Shown here one piece after another: positions 46,121-56,267 of a DNA stretch of 64,000 nt (its first letter is position 1; the number at the start of each line of letters is the position of its first letter). The notes beneath the pieces are model-generated. The model was not told where the DNA came from and did not search any database. It saw only the letters and a program-made list of their open reading frames with translations. Made by a program: the position numbers and the translations under genes. The stretch is from Bacteroidota bacterium (GTDB lineage: Bacteria > Bacteroidota > Bacteroidia > Chitinophagales > BACL12). The stretch spans positions 78,444-142,443 of the forward strand of contig JADJJZ010000029.1 in NCBI GenBank assembly GCA_016706255.1, in the 5' to 3' direction.

Positions 46121-47544
46121 TGTCCTTGTGACGCCTCATAAGCCATGCGGTCCTTTATGATGGCCGGAACCTGATCGATATTGATTTTTTTACCAAAAAT
46201 CACTTTGTCGTGATCCAGTAAAAAAATTAGTGGTGTCATGTCTACATTGTATTTTAACTGGAAAGCTTCGTTGCCTTTTAAGTTGGCAACATTAATCCAT
46301 GGATAAGGATGTTCAGTTAACCATTTTTTCCATTTATCGAATTCTTCTTCTGAATAAACAGCATAAACTTCTGCACCAAGTGATTTCAATTCAGGATAAG
46401 TTGCTTCAACCTTTGGAATTTCTTTTTTACAATGTCCGCAATCAGGACTCCAGAAAATAATTACGGTAAATCGACTGTTTACACTGTATAACGGAATATC
46501 ATTCCCATTTACATCTTGTAAAACTAATGGCTGTCCTTTTTTACCTAATAGGGTTGGACGTACTTTATCTGCTTGCGCCTGAATGCGATATAAACCAACA
46601 TCATCTAACCAAAATGCCTTACCACCGGAATAATATTTATCTACAATATGCACATAAACAGCATCAAAACCCATAATTTTAGATGTTGCATATTCATTTA
46701 ATAACATAACTGTAATATATTGAAATGCCTTACTGTTTGCCATCGATTTATCTATGATAAAGTCAACACCTTTCATTAATGAATCAGGCATTTTAGTTAC
46801 ATAAATTTTTAGATAGTTTTTTACTTTCGTATCGTACAAATTAGTTCTGAGCATGCGCTCATCCTTAAAATCAACATTATCGAAATAATGTAATTTCCCA
46901 TATCGCCATGCAAATGTTGAATCCTTTGTGCCGTCAGGGTTTAAAGGCGATTCAGGTATTTTAATATCAGTAGCAGCTTTTAAAAATTTAGCATAAAATA
47001 AATTCGGATTATCAGTAATAATTTTATCACGATAGGTTTCAACCTCCGTATTTAATTGCTTCATTTCCTCCTTTATTTTTTTACCCTCAGGCGTTGTTTC
47101 ACCGGCTGCATCCATTTTAGTTTTAAGCACATTCATTTCTTCTCTTTTTTGGGATATGAAATTTAAATCTTCATAAAAAATTTTGTTTTCAATTGAACCG
47201 CTTACTTTCATATTTTTAACAAAATCAGTAGTATCAGTTTCCATTGAAAATCCGGATTCAAATCCACTGACAATCATTTCAAAATAGCGATTTTTTAAAG
47301 ATGGTGCTACAACAAGATAAATTCCACCTTGCAACGTATCAATACTTTTTAAAATGGCTTCACCTTTCGAATTAATTGGCACGGTATCAATTACATACTG
47401 AGCAGCCCCGTAATGATGTCCAAACATTATAGTAGTATCAGCCAAGCCATGAATTTTTATTTTGAATTCATAACCTTTTAAAGATTGCGCTTGCGTAAAC
47501 TGAATAAATGCAAATAAAAAGGAAAGGAGTAGAAATTTTTTCAT
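46117..47544 (-). CDS. Secreted thioredoxin-fold (TlpA/redoxin-like) thiol-disulfide oxidoreductase
   Basis: 475 aa with a signal peptide and a C-terminal thioredoxin-like domain carrying FWSPDCGHCKKEIP (CxxC). Confidence 0.7.
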   Translation of the reverse strand: MKKFLLLSFLFAFIQFTQAQSLKGYEFKIKIHGLADTTIMFGHHYGAAQYVIDTVPINSKGEAILKSIDTLQGGIYLVVAPSLKNRYFEMIVSGFESGFSMETDTTDFVKNMKVSGSIENKIFYEDLNFISQKREEMNVLKTKMDAAGETTPEGKKIKEEMKQLNTEVETYRDKIITDNPNLFYAKFLKAATDIKIPESPLNPDGTKDSTFAWRYGKLHYFDNVDFKDERMLRTNLYDTKVKNYLKIYVTKMPDSLMKGVDFIIDKSMANSKAFQYITVMLLNEYATSKIMGFDAVYVHIVDKYYSGGKAFWLDDVGLYRIQAQADKVRPTLLGKKGQPLVLQDVNGNDIPLYSVNSRFTVIIFWSPDCGHCKKEIPKVEATYPELKSLGAEVYAVYSEEEFDKWKKWLTEHPYPWINVANLKGNEAFQLKYNVDMTPLIFLLDHDKVIFGKKINIDQVPAIIKDRMAYEASQGH

Positions 47545-47557
47545 GTACTGTTTTCGT

Positions 47558-48871
47558 TTAAACTTTTAATGCTTCAAATGCCGGCAAAGCCTCAGCTACC
47601 ACAAAAATACTGCCGCAGATTACAATCAGGTCATTTTTTAACGCATTTTGAAGTGATGCGGCTAAGGCAGCCTTTACGGATGTGTAACTTTCGCCCTCCA
47701 ATGCAAATTTTAAAGCCAGTTGTTGTAACGATTCGGCCGCTAAACCCCTTGGTATATCTGGCTTACAAAAATAATAAGTGGCTTTTTTGGGAAATAATGC
47801 TAATCCTGCATTTAAATCCTTGTCGTTAACAGCTCCTGTAACAATATGGAGTTGATTATATACAAGTGTGTTTACCTGTTTAAACAGTTGCTCCAATCCG
47901 CCGGGATTATGCGCGCAATCGGCAATTGTGAGCGGATTTTCCTGCAATATCTGCCACCTTCCTGCAAATCCTGTGCGTTTTTGCACCTCTTTTAACGCTT
48001 CATAAATGGCCTCTTCGGGTATTTCAATCCCTTGAATGCGCATTACTTCCAGGGTTTGAACAACAGTAGCAATATTTTGTAATTGATAATCGCCTGCAAG
48101 ATCAAGCATGAGATTAGGGTAAGCTAATTGATTCAAATAACTCACATTTAATTCCATGCCGTGGGTATTCCGCTCTAATAATTCAACCTGCACGTTTTCC
48201 GGAGCAGGATAAACGGGGGCATTGGCCATTGCTGCAATCTGTTCAAAAACGGGCAGTGTTTCCGGGTGTATTTCTCCTAAAACTACAGGCACATTCCGTT
48301 TTATGATACCTGCTTTTTCTGTTGCTATTTTGGGCAAGGTATCACCTAACATTGCCATATGATCGAAACTGATATTGGTAATTACAGAAACAATAGGCAG
48401 AATTACGTTAGTAGAATCCAATCTTCCCCCCAAACCAACCTCAACAATGGCAATTTGAACAGATTTATATCTGAAATATTCAAATGCCATGGCAACAGTT
48501 ATTTCAAAAAAAGAGGGTTGAATAGTTGCAATATGCGGTTTAATTTTTTCTACAAATGTTATCACAAAATCAGCTTCACACATTTTGCCGTTTACACGAA
48601 TACGTTCTCTGAAATCGACAAGGTGCGGACTAGTATATAAACCTGTGGTGTAGCCGGATTCAGCGCATACTGCAGCCAGCATATTACTTACAGAACCTTT
48701 GCCATTTGTGCCTGCAATATGGATTGAAGTAAATTCACGTTGCGGATTACCTAAAATATCCAGTAATTGTAATGTATTAGTTAAATCTTTTTTATACGCA
48801 GCAGCACCAACCCGTTGATACATGGGTAAATGTGTATACAGATAATCCAGCGCTTCCTGATAAGTCATCAT
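47558..48871 (-). CDS. folC: Folylpolyglutamate synthase / dihydrofolate synthase
   Basis: 437 aa with the Mur-ligase P-loop HIAGTNGKGS, GLGGRLDSTN and ISFDHM. Confidence 0.9.
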   Translation of the reverse strand: MMTYQEALDYLYTHLPMYQRVGAAAYKKDLTNTLQLLDILGNPQREFTSIHIAGTNGKGSVSNMLAAVCAESGYTTGLYTSPHLVDFRERIRVNGKMCEADFVITFVEKIKPHIATIQPSFFEITVAMAFEYFRYKSVQIAIVEVGLGGRLDSTNVILPIVSVITNISFDHMAMLGDTLPKIATEKAGIIKRNVPVVLGEIHPETLPVFEQIAAMANAPVYPAPENVQVELLERNTHGMELNVSYLNQLAYPNLMLDLAGDYQLQNIATVVQTLEVMRIQGIEIPEEAIYEALKEVQKRTGFAGRWQILQENPLTIADCAHNPGGLEQLFKQVNTLVYNQLHIVTGAVNDKDLNAGLALFPKKATYYFCKPDIPRGLAAESLQQLALKFALEGESYTSVKAALAASLQNALKNDLIVICGSIFVVAEALPAFEALKV

Positions 48872-48938
48872 AAATTACGGAAGCAAATAGACTAAATAAT
48901 AGTGGTATTTGAAAATGGAACAATTGTGTATAATAAAA

Positions 48939-48966
48939 CAGCGCCTTCGTTTTACTGAAGACGCTG
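48939..48966 (-). terminator. Terminator downstream of the TonB-like gene
   Basis: 10-bp stem with one mismatch (cagcgccttc / gaagacgctg) and an 8-nt loop. On the minus strand it is followed by a T-rich run. It lies about 40 nt after the stop at 49005. Confidence 0.55.
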
Positions 48967-49004
48967 CTCTTTTCATATAATACTTCCGGTCGTGGCGGGA
49001 AATA

Positions 49005-49790
49005 TTATTGTAACTTAAAGTGGAATGTAATATATCCGATTTGAGTTTCCTGCGCTTTTGGATCTGCGTTAAAAACCCATTTCATAGCTGCTTCTTTTGA
49101 TTTATTAATTAAGTTGCTATCAGTTATGGTTGAACCACTTCGCTCATAGTCAGCTTTAATTACTCGACCATTTTTGTCCACATAAATTTTTATGCGGATA
49201 TCACCAATTTCGTGGTGATCAACAGAAAGTTGACCTTTTGTTTTTGCACTTCTGCCTGACAATGACCAACCAACAGTACCATCATCACCAATTCCTGAAC
49301 CTACACCCTGATATCCATTTGGGTCACCAGTTTCAACACCCTGGTTACCACCATAGGTTGAAGTTCCTTCACTTGCACCTGTTTGACCGGTGTTTTTACC
49401 GGGTCCGGTATATAATTGATCTTTATCAATCGTATTGCTTGGTTTAGTGCTGGTACCGGTTGTAGGTTTAGTTGAGGTATTTTGCGGTTTGGTATTGGTA
49501 TTATTGTCTTTTACCTTAACCGATTCCTCAGTGTTTTGTGTAATTACTTCACTTTTAACCGGTTGAGAAGCCTGTTGAGCTGCCGGAGCACTGGAACCTG
49601 TAGTTTCATTAACACCAAGCCCTGTCATATCCGTACCAAAATCTACCAATAAACCTTCACCTTCCAAAGGCGGATCAGGAGGCATGAAACTGAATAAAAA
49701 CAGCGTTGCCGTAATAAAACATAAAATTGCCGTAGTTATTAAAAAACTATTCCTTTTCGCAGCGACGTCTTTTTTGATTTCCTGGTTCAT
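49005..49790 (-). CDS. TonB-like energy-transducer family protein (tentative)
   Basis: 261 aa with an N-terminal TM anchor (FLITTAILCFITATLFLFSF), MPPDPPLEGEGLLVDFG, a long T/S/Q/G/N/P-rich linker and a compact C-terminal domain (IRIKIYVDKNGRVIKADYE...GYITFHFKLQ). Confidence 0.5.
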   Translation of the reverse strand: MNQEIKKDVAAKRNSFLITTAILCFITATLFLFSFMPPDPPLEGEGLLVDFGTDMTGLGVNETTGSSAPAAQQASQPVKSEVITQNTEESVKVKDNNTNTKPQNTSTKPTTGTSTKPSNTIDKDQLYTGPGKNTGQTGASEGTSTYGGNQGVETGDPNGYQGVGSGIGDDGTVGWSLSGRSAKTKGQLSVDHHEIGDIRIKIYVDKNGRVIKADYERSGSTITDSNLINKSKEAAMKWVFNADPKAQETQIGYITFHFKLQ

Positions 49791-50148
49791 AATAAACTTT
49801 TTATATGAGATGATTAAACAAATAATATTCCATAATCGAAAGGGTCTTAATTTAGCAATAACCCCATCTTTAAATCCATAAAAGACAGATTATGAAACGC
49901 AATTGATAATCAAATAAGTATAAACTGCTCAAATTTACCGGTTTACCTGCCTTTACCGGTAGCATAGGTTTTCACCAAAAAAATGCAATTGTATGCTTAA
50001 ATAGACGAATTACCGATGTATTTAATCAGTTTACCTTAATTCCTGTTAAAGAAGTCGAAATATCATAGTACCATTGCAGTCCAATTCAAATTACAGGCAG
50101 GGAACTAATTTACGTTATTACCGTTTTAGGGAAATTACTCAGGCATTT

Positions 50149-51417
50149 ATGACATCAGCAAAACAACCAATTTTTACCGGTTACCAATGGTTTGTAATCG
50201 CAGTTCTGGCATTTTTACAATTTACAATAGTACTCGATTTCATGGTACTTTCACCTTTAGGCGCCATTTTAATGCCTGAGTTAGATATTACTCCGGTCCA
50301 GTTTAGTCACTTAGTTTCCGCATACGCTTATTCCGCCTGTATCAGTGGCATTTTAGCCTCTGGTTTTGCAGATAAATTCGACCGAAAAAAAATGTTGCTC
50401 TTTTTTTATGCCGGATTTTTAGTTGGAACGGTATTTTGCGGTCTTGCACCTGATTATCATTCCTTATTAATTGCCCGTATTATTACCGGTTTATTTGGTG
50501 GTGTAATGGGTGCCGTTGTTTTTGCAATAACTACCGATTTATTTGTTATGCAAGTGCGTGGTCGCGTTATGGGTTTTGTTCAAATGGCATTTGCAGCTAG
50601 TCAGGTATTGGGTTTGCCTATCGGCTTGCAATTAGCAAATACCTTAAACTGGCATGCTCCATTTGTTTTAATTGCAGGAATTGGCGCTGTCGTGTTTTTT
50701 ATAATTCTGATAAAATTAAAACCGATTACCGACCATTTATTAATTCAAAGAAAAGTTTCTCCATTTAAACATTTATGGATGACGATTTCCAGAAAAAGAT
50801 ATCTAACGGGATTTGGCGCAACCGTTTTATTGGCAACAGGTGGTTTTATGCTCATGCCTTTTGGGAGTGCATTTACCGTAAATAATTTGGGAATCGATTT
50901 AGAACATATTCCACTGATTTATATGTTTACAGGTGGTGCTACATTATTAGCAGGACCAATAATCGGAAGATTAAGCGACCGAATCGGTAAATACAACATG
51001 TTTATTTTTGGAACATTACTATCCATTTTATTGGTATTAATTTATTGTAATTTAGGTATCACACCTTTATGGATGGCCATTGTAATTAATATCATTTTAT
51101 TTATCGGAATTACTTCTCGAATTATTTCAGCTCAAGCGCTAATGTCTGCCGTTCCTGACCCGCAAGACAGAGGTGCATTTATGGGTCTTAATTCAAGTAT
51201 ACAGCAACTTGCAGGCGGTTTAGCAGCTTCTCTTGCGGGTTTAATTGTTGTAGAAGAAGATTCCGGAAAATTAAGTCATTATCCAATTTTAGGGTATGTA
51301 GTTACATTGGCAATGGTAATAACATTAATTATGATGTTTATTATTAACCGCATGGTGAATGCTGATAAAAAAGAACAGCCTCCAATGCCTGCAAACAATC
51401 CGGAACTCGCGCAATAA
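50149..51417 (+). CDS. MFS transporter
   Basis: The track start TTG 50074 lies inside a TAnnTTTG-like box (TACCATTG, 50069-50076). ATG 50149 gives MTSAKQPIFTGYQWFVIAVLAFLQF. About 12 TM segments and the motif-A-like GFADKFDRKKM. Confidence 0.8.
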   Translation: MTSAKQPIFTGYQWFVIAVLAFLQFTIVLDFMVLSPLGAILMPELDITPVQFSHLVSAYAYSACISGILASGFADKFDRKKMLLFFYAGFLVGTVFCGLAPDYHSLLIARIITGLFGGVMGAVVFAITTDLFVMQVRGRVMGFVQMAFAASQVLGLPIGLQLANTLNWHAPFVLIAGIGAVVFFIILIKLKPITDHLLIQRKVSPFKHLWMTISRKRYLTGFGATVLLATGGFMLMPFGSAFTVNNLGIDLEHIPLIYMFTGGATLLAGPIIGRLSDRIGKYNMFIFGTLLSILLVLIYCNLGITPLWMAIVINIILFIGITSRIISAQALMSAVPDPQDRGAFMGLNSSIQQLAGGLAASLAGLIVVEEDSGKLSHYPILGYVVTLAMVITLIMMFIINRMVNADKKEQPPMPANNPELAQ

Positions 51418-51453
51418 GCAGGATATTTTTATATTTACCAAAACTTTTGGCGC

Positions 51454-51795
51454 ATGAAATTAATTGCAATTTGTTCTTTAGTAATTACTACAATGGTTGT
51501 AGCTGTATCTTGTTCAGCAAGTAAATCAGCTGCAAAACCGCTCACTTATACTGAAAATGTAAAACCAATTATTGACGCAAATTGTGCCTCAACCTGTCAC
51601 AACGCAGGTCGCCCGGCCGGTGGAATTGATTTAACTACTTATGCTAAAGTGAAAGAACACAGCACAACAGGTAAACTTATTCCGGCTATTCAGCATGCCG
51701 ATGGCGCTAAAGCCATGCCTAAAAAAGCCGATAAACTGAGTGATGCCAATATTGCGGTTATTGTAAATTGGGCTGCTTCCGGTGCGGCAGAATAA
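51454..51795 (+). CDS. Small lipoprotein with cytochrome-c-like Cys motif (CASTCH)
   Basis: 113 aa with a lipobox-like VAVSCSAS. NCASTCHNAGRPAGGIDLT resembles PSCyt1-type heme-c domains but reads C-x3-C-H. Confidence 0.4.
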   Translation: MKLIAICSLVITTMVVAVSCSASKSAAKPLTYTENVKPIIDANCASTCHNAGRPAGGIDLTTYAKVKEHSTTGKLIPAIQHADGAKAMPKKADKLSDANIAVIVNWAASGAAE

Positions 51796-51873
51796 CTTCT
51801 AAACAATGCACACTTCATGTTGCATAAGTAAATATGCGGACTGCAGATATTATCCTCAACTTTGGATTTTATC

Positions 51874-53433
51874 ATGCAAATTACTTCCCACAGGTTTAAT
51901 ACCTACCTGTTATCATTTTTAAAACACGATGTTAAATCCAGTGTTACGGTATTTTTTGTCGCTTTACCACTTTGTCTCGGTATCTCCCTCGGTTGTGGCG
52001 CGCCTTTGTATGCGGGACTGATAGCCGGTGTAGTAGGAGGGATATTTGTACCATTGATTAGTCGCTCACAACTCAGTGTCAGCGGGCCTGCAGCGGGATT
52101 AACCAGTATTTGTGCTGCAATTATTTTGAGTGCCGGAAATATCGATTTGTTTTTTCTCGCAGTAATGCTGGCAGGTGTTTTCCAAATTTTACTGGGTGTT
52201 TTCAAATTGGGCGGATTTACACAATTTATTCCTTCGGCAGTAATTAAAGGCATGCTGAGCGCAATCGGTATCATGCTCATCGCTAAACAAATTCCTTTTA
52301 TGCTGGGGTACGACCAGCCTGATTTCTGGACGAACCAATTATTTAATATTTTCACCTTTAATCATGGATTTGAACATATTGGAAGTGTGTATCAACATTC
52401 ATCCGGGGGTGCAATTTTAATTGCCTGTTTATCATTAATACTCTTGATTTTCTGGAAGCGAAATCTTTCTAAAAAAATACCATATCTGCCTTCATCATTT
52501 GTTATCGTTTTTTTTGGGGCAGGAAGTGCATTTCTATTAAACAATTTTATCCCTGCACTTGCTTTAAATGATGCGCAGTTTGTTAATATTCCGGAAAATG
52601 TTTTTAAAGATGTTCATTTTCCCGATTTTAATTTAATTACTACAGATTCTACAATCTGGAAAAATGCAGTCGTAATATGTTTTGTTGCTTCTCTCGAAAC
52701 GTTGTTAAGTATAGCAGCAATAGATAAATTAGATCCGTTTAATCGCATCACACCACAAAACCGTGAACTCGTAGCACAAGGTGCCGCCAATTGCGTTAGT
52801 GGATTTATCGGAGGCTTACCAATAACTGCTGTAATTGTCCGCAGCTCGGCAAATGCAGAGGCAGGTGCTAAAACAAAATGGTCCGCAATTCTACATGGTG
52901 TTTGGTTATTACTGGCAATTATTTTTCTTGCAAATATTTTAAATACCATACCTTATTGTGTTTTAGCCGTTTTATTAATCAGCACCGGTTATAACCTCGC
53001 AAAACCAAAAATGATTAAGGCAGTTTACCAACAGGGAAGAGAACAATTTTTACCATTTATTGTAACGTTAGGTGCAATACTTATTTCCGATTTATTAATT
53101 GGTGTCCTAATTGGTGTTGTATATGCCATTTATTTTTTAATTAAACATACTTACGAGGCAGGATTTACCATTAAAGAAAGAACGGAAGGCCATACCAAAC
53201 ATTTTACCATCGAGTTGGCTTTAAATGTCAGTTTTCTGAACAAAAAACGTATTCAGGTTATGTTGGATAAACTACCAGTTTATGCGATTGTAGAAATTAT
53301 CGGAACGGACAGCATTTATATTGACCGTGATGTATTGGAAATTTTCCAGGAATTTAAAACCAAGGCGCATAACAGACATATTCAGCTAATCATGAAGGAT
53401 ATACCCGAAGTGCCGATTATCGAATTACATTAA
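51874..53433 (+). CDS. SulP-family inorganic anion transporter
   Basis: The track start is TTG 51862; the ATG is at 51874 (MQITSHRF). Polytopic, with SulP-type segments (ALPLCLGISLGCGAPLYAGLIAGVVGG, AQGAANCVSGFIGGLPITAVIVRSSAN) and a short C-terminal cytoplasmic domain. Confidence 0.8.
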   Translation: MQITSHRFNTYLLSFLKHDVKSSVTVFFVALPLCLGISLGCGAPLYAGLIAGVVGGIFVPLISRSQLSVSGPAAGLTSICAAIILSAGNIDLFFLAVMLAGVFQILLGVFKLGGFTQFIPSAVIKGMLSAIGIMLIAKQIPFMLGYDQPDFWTNQLFNIFTFNHGFEHIGSVYQHSSGGAILIACLSLILLIFWKRNLSKKIPYLPSSFVIVFFGAGSAFLLNNFIPALALNDAQFVNIPENVFKDVHFPDFNLITTDSTIWKNAVVICFVASLETLLSIAAIDKLDPFNRITPQNRELVAQGAANCVSGFIGGLPITAVIVRSSANAEAGAKTKWSAILHGVWLLLAIIFLANILNTIPYCVLAVLLISTGYNLAKPKMIKAVYQQGREQFLPFIVTLGAILISDLLIGVLIGVVYAIYFLIKHTYEAGFTIKERTEGHTKHFTIELALNVSFLNKKRIQVMLDKLPVYAIVEIIGTDSIYIDRDVLEIFQEFKTKAHNRHIQLIMKDIPEVPIIELH

Positions 53434-53495
53434 CTAAAACAGGGCAATTAATCACTTACGAACAATAAAAATTTCTTTTTCCGAACCCGACGGGC

Positions 53496-53503
53496 TACAT
53501 TTG
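53496..53503 (+). promoter_or_regulatory. Bacteroidota-type -7 box (TAnnTTTG) for the ABC exporter gene
   Basis: TACATTTG, 27 nt upstream of the ATG at 53530. Confidence 0.5.
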
Positions 53504-53529
53504 AGTTGTAAGTTTTCTGGCATTACATT

Positions 53530-55326
53530 ATGAAAATATTAATATCTTATTTAAAACCACACAAGCTGCTGGTTTTCTTTGTTCTGGCACTGGCCGCAAT
53601 CAATACAGGGTTTTCTTTAATGGACCCTATCATTTTAGGTAAATTGGTAAATCTTGCTGCAGATTTCAAACAACACGAAGCTTCATACGACTGGAAACGC
53701 TATTTCAACTCATTTTCATGGAATAGTCCGGGTGTAATTATGTTGCTGTTGGGTTCAGTAACAGTTGCCATGGTAAGCCGTATTGCCAAAAATTTTCAGG
53801 ACTATTTCCTCAATGTGATTATTCAAAAATTTGGGGCTAAGGTGTTTACCGATGGTTTACAACATGCCATGAAATTACCTTATCAGGATTTTGAAGATCA
53901 AAGAAGTGGCGAAACCTTATCCATTTTAACGAAAGTTCGTACCGACGTTGAAAGATTTATGAACATGTTTATCAATGTGCTTTTAGGTATACTAGTTGGT
54001 GTTGTTTTTGTTTTCGTTTATGCGGCTTTATTTATTCACTGGTATATTCCGGCAGTATATTTTATTGGTATTATTTTGTTAACAGTGATATCAAATGTGC
54101 TGAGTAAAAAGGTGAAAATCATTCAAAAAAATATTGTTGGCAAAACTACTGCCTTAGCTGGTGCTACTACTGAATCGCTGCGCAACATTGAATTGGTAAA
54201 AAGTTTAGGTTTAACACATCAGGAAGTGGAGCGGTTAAATCAAAATACCTATAAAATATTGGGCTTAGAATTAACAAAAGTAAAACGTATCAGAAGTATC
54301 AGCTTTATACAGGGAACATTTGTGAACACATTGAGACAAATTATCTTATTTATTTTAATGTGGCTGATATTTAAAGATTCAATGGATGCAGGGCAATTAG
54401 TTACCATGCAGGTATTTTCATTTTTTGTATTTGGACCATTACAGGATATCGGAAATATTATTTTATCCTATCGGGAAGCTGAAGCATCGCTGAACAATTT
54501 TAGTACGTTGATGAATAAAGTACCGGAGGCTCATCCTGAAAATCCTGAACAACTTGGAGATATTAAATCACTTCAGTTTGATGATGTACGTTTTCAACAT
54601 AAAACTGCAAATAATCCTGCTATCGATGGAATTAGTTTTGATGTAAAGCAAGGTGAAACTATTGCATTTGTTGGTCCTTCAGGCTCGGGAAAAAGTACGC
54701 TGATGAAATTGTTGGTGGGCTTGTATCGTCCGCAGGAAGGCAAAATATTATATAATAATATCGACGAAAATTCAATTGATTTTAATGATTTAAGAAATCA
54801 GATAGGATTTGTTACACAAGACACGCAATTATTTGCAGGAACCATTAAAGAGAATTTATTATTTGTAAATCCACAGGCAACTGAAGCTGATTTATTGGAT
54901 GTAATGCAGAAGGCTAGTTGTAATAATTTGCTTGCACGCGCAGAAAAGGGAATTGAAACGGTTATTGGTGAGGGCGGCTTAAAATTATCAGGAGGGGAGA
55001 AGCAGCGATTAAGTATAGCGCGGGCGTTGTTGCGCAGGCCGCGTTTATTAATTTTTGATGAAGCTACTTCTGCTTTGGATTCTTTAACGGAAGAGGAAAT
55101 TTCGAATACCATCAGAGATATTTCAATTCATGGTGAGCAGATTACCATATTAATTGCACACCGATTAAGTACAATCATGCATGCAGATAGAATTTATGTG
55201 CTCGAGCAAGGTGAAATGGCCGAAACCGGAACCCACGATAAATTATTGGAATTAAAAGGTCTCTACTACGCCATGTGGCGCCAACAAGTAGGCGAACGCA
55301 AAAAATTCACACCTACGATTGTTTAA
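53530..55326 (+). CDS. ABC exporter, fused permease/ATPase (MsbA-like type)
   Basis: 598 aa with a 6-TM N-domain, Walker A GPSGSGKST, signature LSGGEKQR and Walker B LLIFDEATSALD. Confidence 0.9.
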   Translation: MKILISYLKPHKLLVFFVLALAAINTGFSLMDPIILGKLVNLAADFKQHEASYDWKRYFNSFSWNSPGVIMLLLGSVTVAMVSRIAKNFQDYFLNVIIQKFGAKVFTDGLQHAMKLPYQDFEDQRSGETLSILTKVRTDVERFMNMFINVLLGILVGVVFVFVYAALFIHWYIPAVYFIGIILLTVISNVLSKKVKIIQKNIVGKTTALAGATTESLRNIELVKSLGLTHQEVERLNQNTYKILGLELTKVKRIRSISFIQGTFVNTLRQIILFILMWLIFKDSMDAGQLVTMQVFSFFVFGPLQDIGNIILSYREAEASLNNFSTLMNKVPEAHPENPEQLGDIKSLQFDDVRFQHKTANNPAIDGISFDVKQGETIAFVGPSGSGKSTLMKLLVGLYRPQEGKILYNNIDENSIDFNDLRNQIGFVTQDTQLFAGTIKENLLFVNPQATEADLLDVMQKASCNNLLARAEKGIETVIGEGGLKLSGGEKQRLSIARALLRRPRLLIFDEATSALDSLTEEEISNTIRDISIHGEQITILIAHRLSTIMHADRIYVLEQGEMAETGTHDKLLELKGLYYAMWRQQVGERKKFTPTIV

Positions 55327-55352
55327 TTACACTTATAATTTCGCTGCCTCAA

Positions 55353-55568
55353 AATTAATTTGAAGTATGGATTTTTAATTTGTAAAATAAACAACCGAAA
55401 CGTCGGAGAACACGGGGAAAGGCACGCAAAGTTCATAGAGATTATTGTGTTAAATTCGAAATAATAATTTCAGCAGTGTTTAAAATATGATTGCTAAAAA
55501 AAAGTTACAAATAATTTCTCTATGATTTCTGTGTGAATTTCCTCTGTGCACATTATGGTTTAAAAAAC
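55353..55568. repeat. Hairpin-forming repeat unit U1 (degenerate copy), left flank of the GxxExxY gene
   Basis: It aligns end to end with 56047-56258. The arms ggagaacacggggaaaggcacgcaaagttcatagaga and tctctatgatttctgtgtgaatttcctctgtgcac are imperfectly complementary around an AT-rich loop. Confidence 0.7.
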
Positions 55569-55575
55569 TATCTTA

Positions 55576-55950
55576 TTATGAATTAATAACTCTTCTAATA
55601 CCATCCTTTAAAAAAAGTGTATTAAAATTTATTAATAATCCTAATTTAAAACCGCCTAATTTTACATAGGTTAAGGCTTGTGCTAAATGAACATCATTTA
55701 AAACATCGACACTTTTGATTTCAATTACAAGGCATCTTTCAACAACTAAATCTGCACGATAACCACATTCCAATTTTACATCTTCAAAAACAACCGGAAT
55801 TGCTTTTTCGCATTCAACATGAAAACCTGCCTGTTTAAGTTTATGTGCCAAACAGGCTTTGTAAGTGCTTTCCAATAATCCAGGACCTAATTGTTTATGG
55901 ACTTCTATAGCAATTCCAATAACTTTAGTTGCAATATCATTTTCTTTCAT
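55576..55950 (-). CDS. GxxExxY protein (PD-(D/E)XK nuclease-like family)
   Basis: 124 aa with GLLESTYKACL (the G-x-x-E-x-x-Y motif) followed by DLVVERCLVIEIK (a D...ExK-like core). Confidence 0.8.
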   Translation of the reverse strand: MKENDIATKVIGIAIEVHKQLGPGLLESTYKACLAHKLKQAGFHVECEKAIPVVFEDVKLECGYRADLVVERCLVIEIKSVDVLNDVHLAQALTYVKLGGFKLGLLINFNTLFLKDGIRRVINS

Positions 55951-56046
55951 ACATTTTTTTTTAGGGTAAACAAAGATTTGAAAGTCCCTAAAAGAAATTG
56001 ATTTGAAATCTGTGTTATAAACCTTAAGCGCTTACATCCTTTCCGA

Positions 56047-56258
56047 AGTTGAATTTGAAGTGTTGATTTTATTTTGTAAAAACAGCCGAAACCGCAAAGA
56101 ACACAGAGAAAATACACGCAAAGTTCACGGAGAATATTGGTTTAAATTAAAATTACTACCCACAATTTTATTTGAAATTTGATTAATTAGCAGATTACGA
56201 ATAATTCCTCTGTGACCTCTGCGTGTATTTTCTCTGTGGACTCCGTGGTTAAAAAAGC
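56047..56258. repeat. Hairpin-forming repeat unit U2 (well-preserved copy), right flank of the GxxExxY gene
   Basis: Arms 56092-56134 and 56205-56248 are complementary at 33 of 43 positions by my count, including a perfect 19-bp core cacagagaaaatacacgca (56102-56120) / tgcgtgtattttctctgtg (56220-56238). The loop is about 70 nt and AT-rich. Confidence 0.75.
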
Positions 56259-56267
56259 AATGTGATT

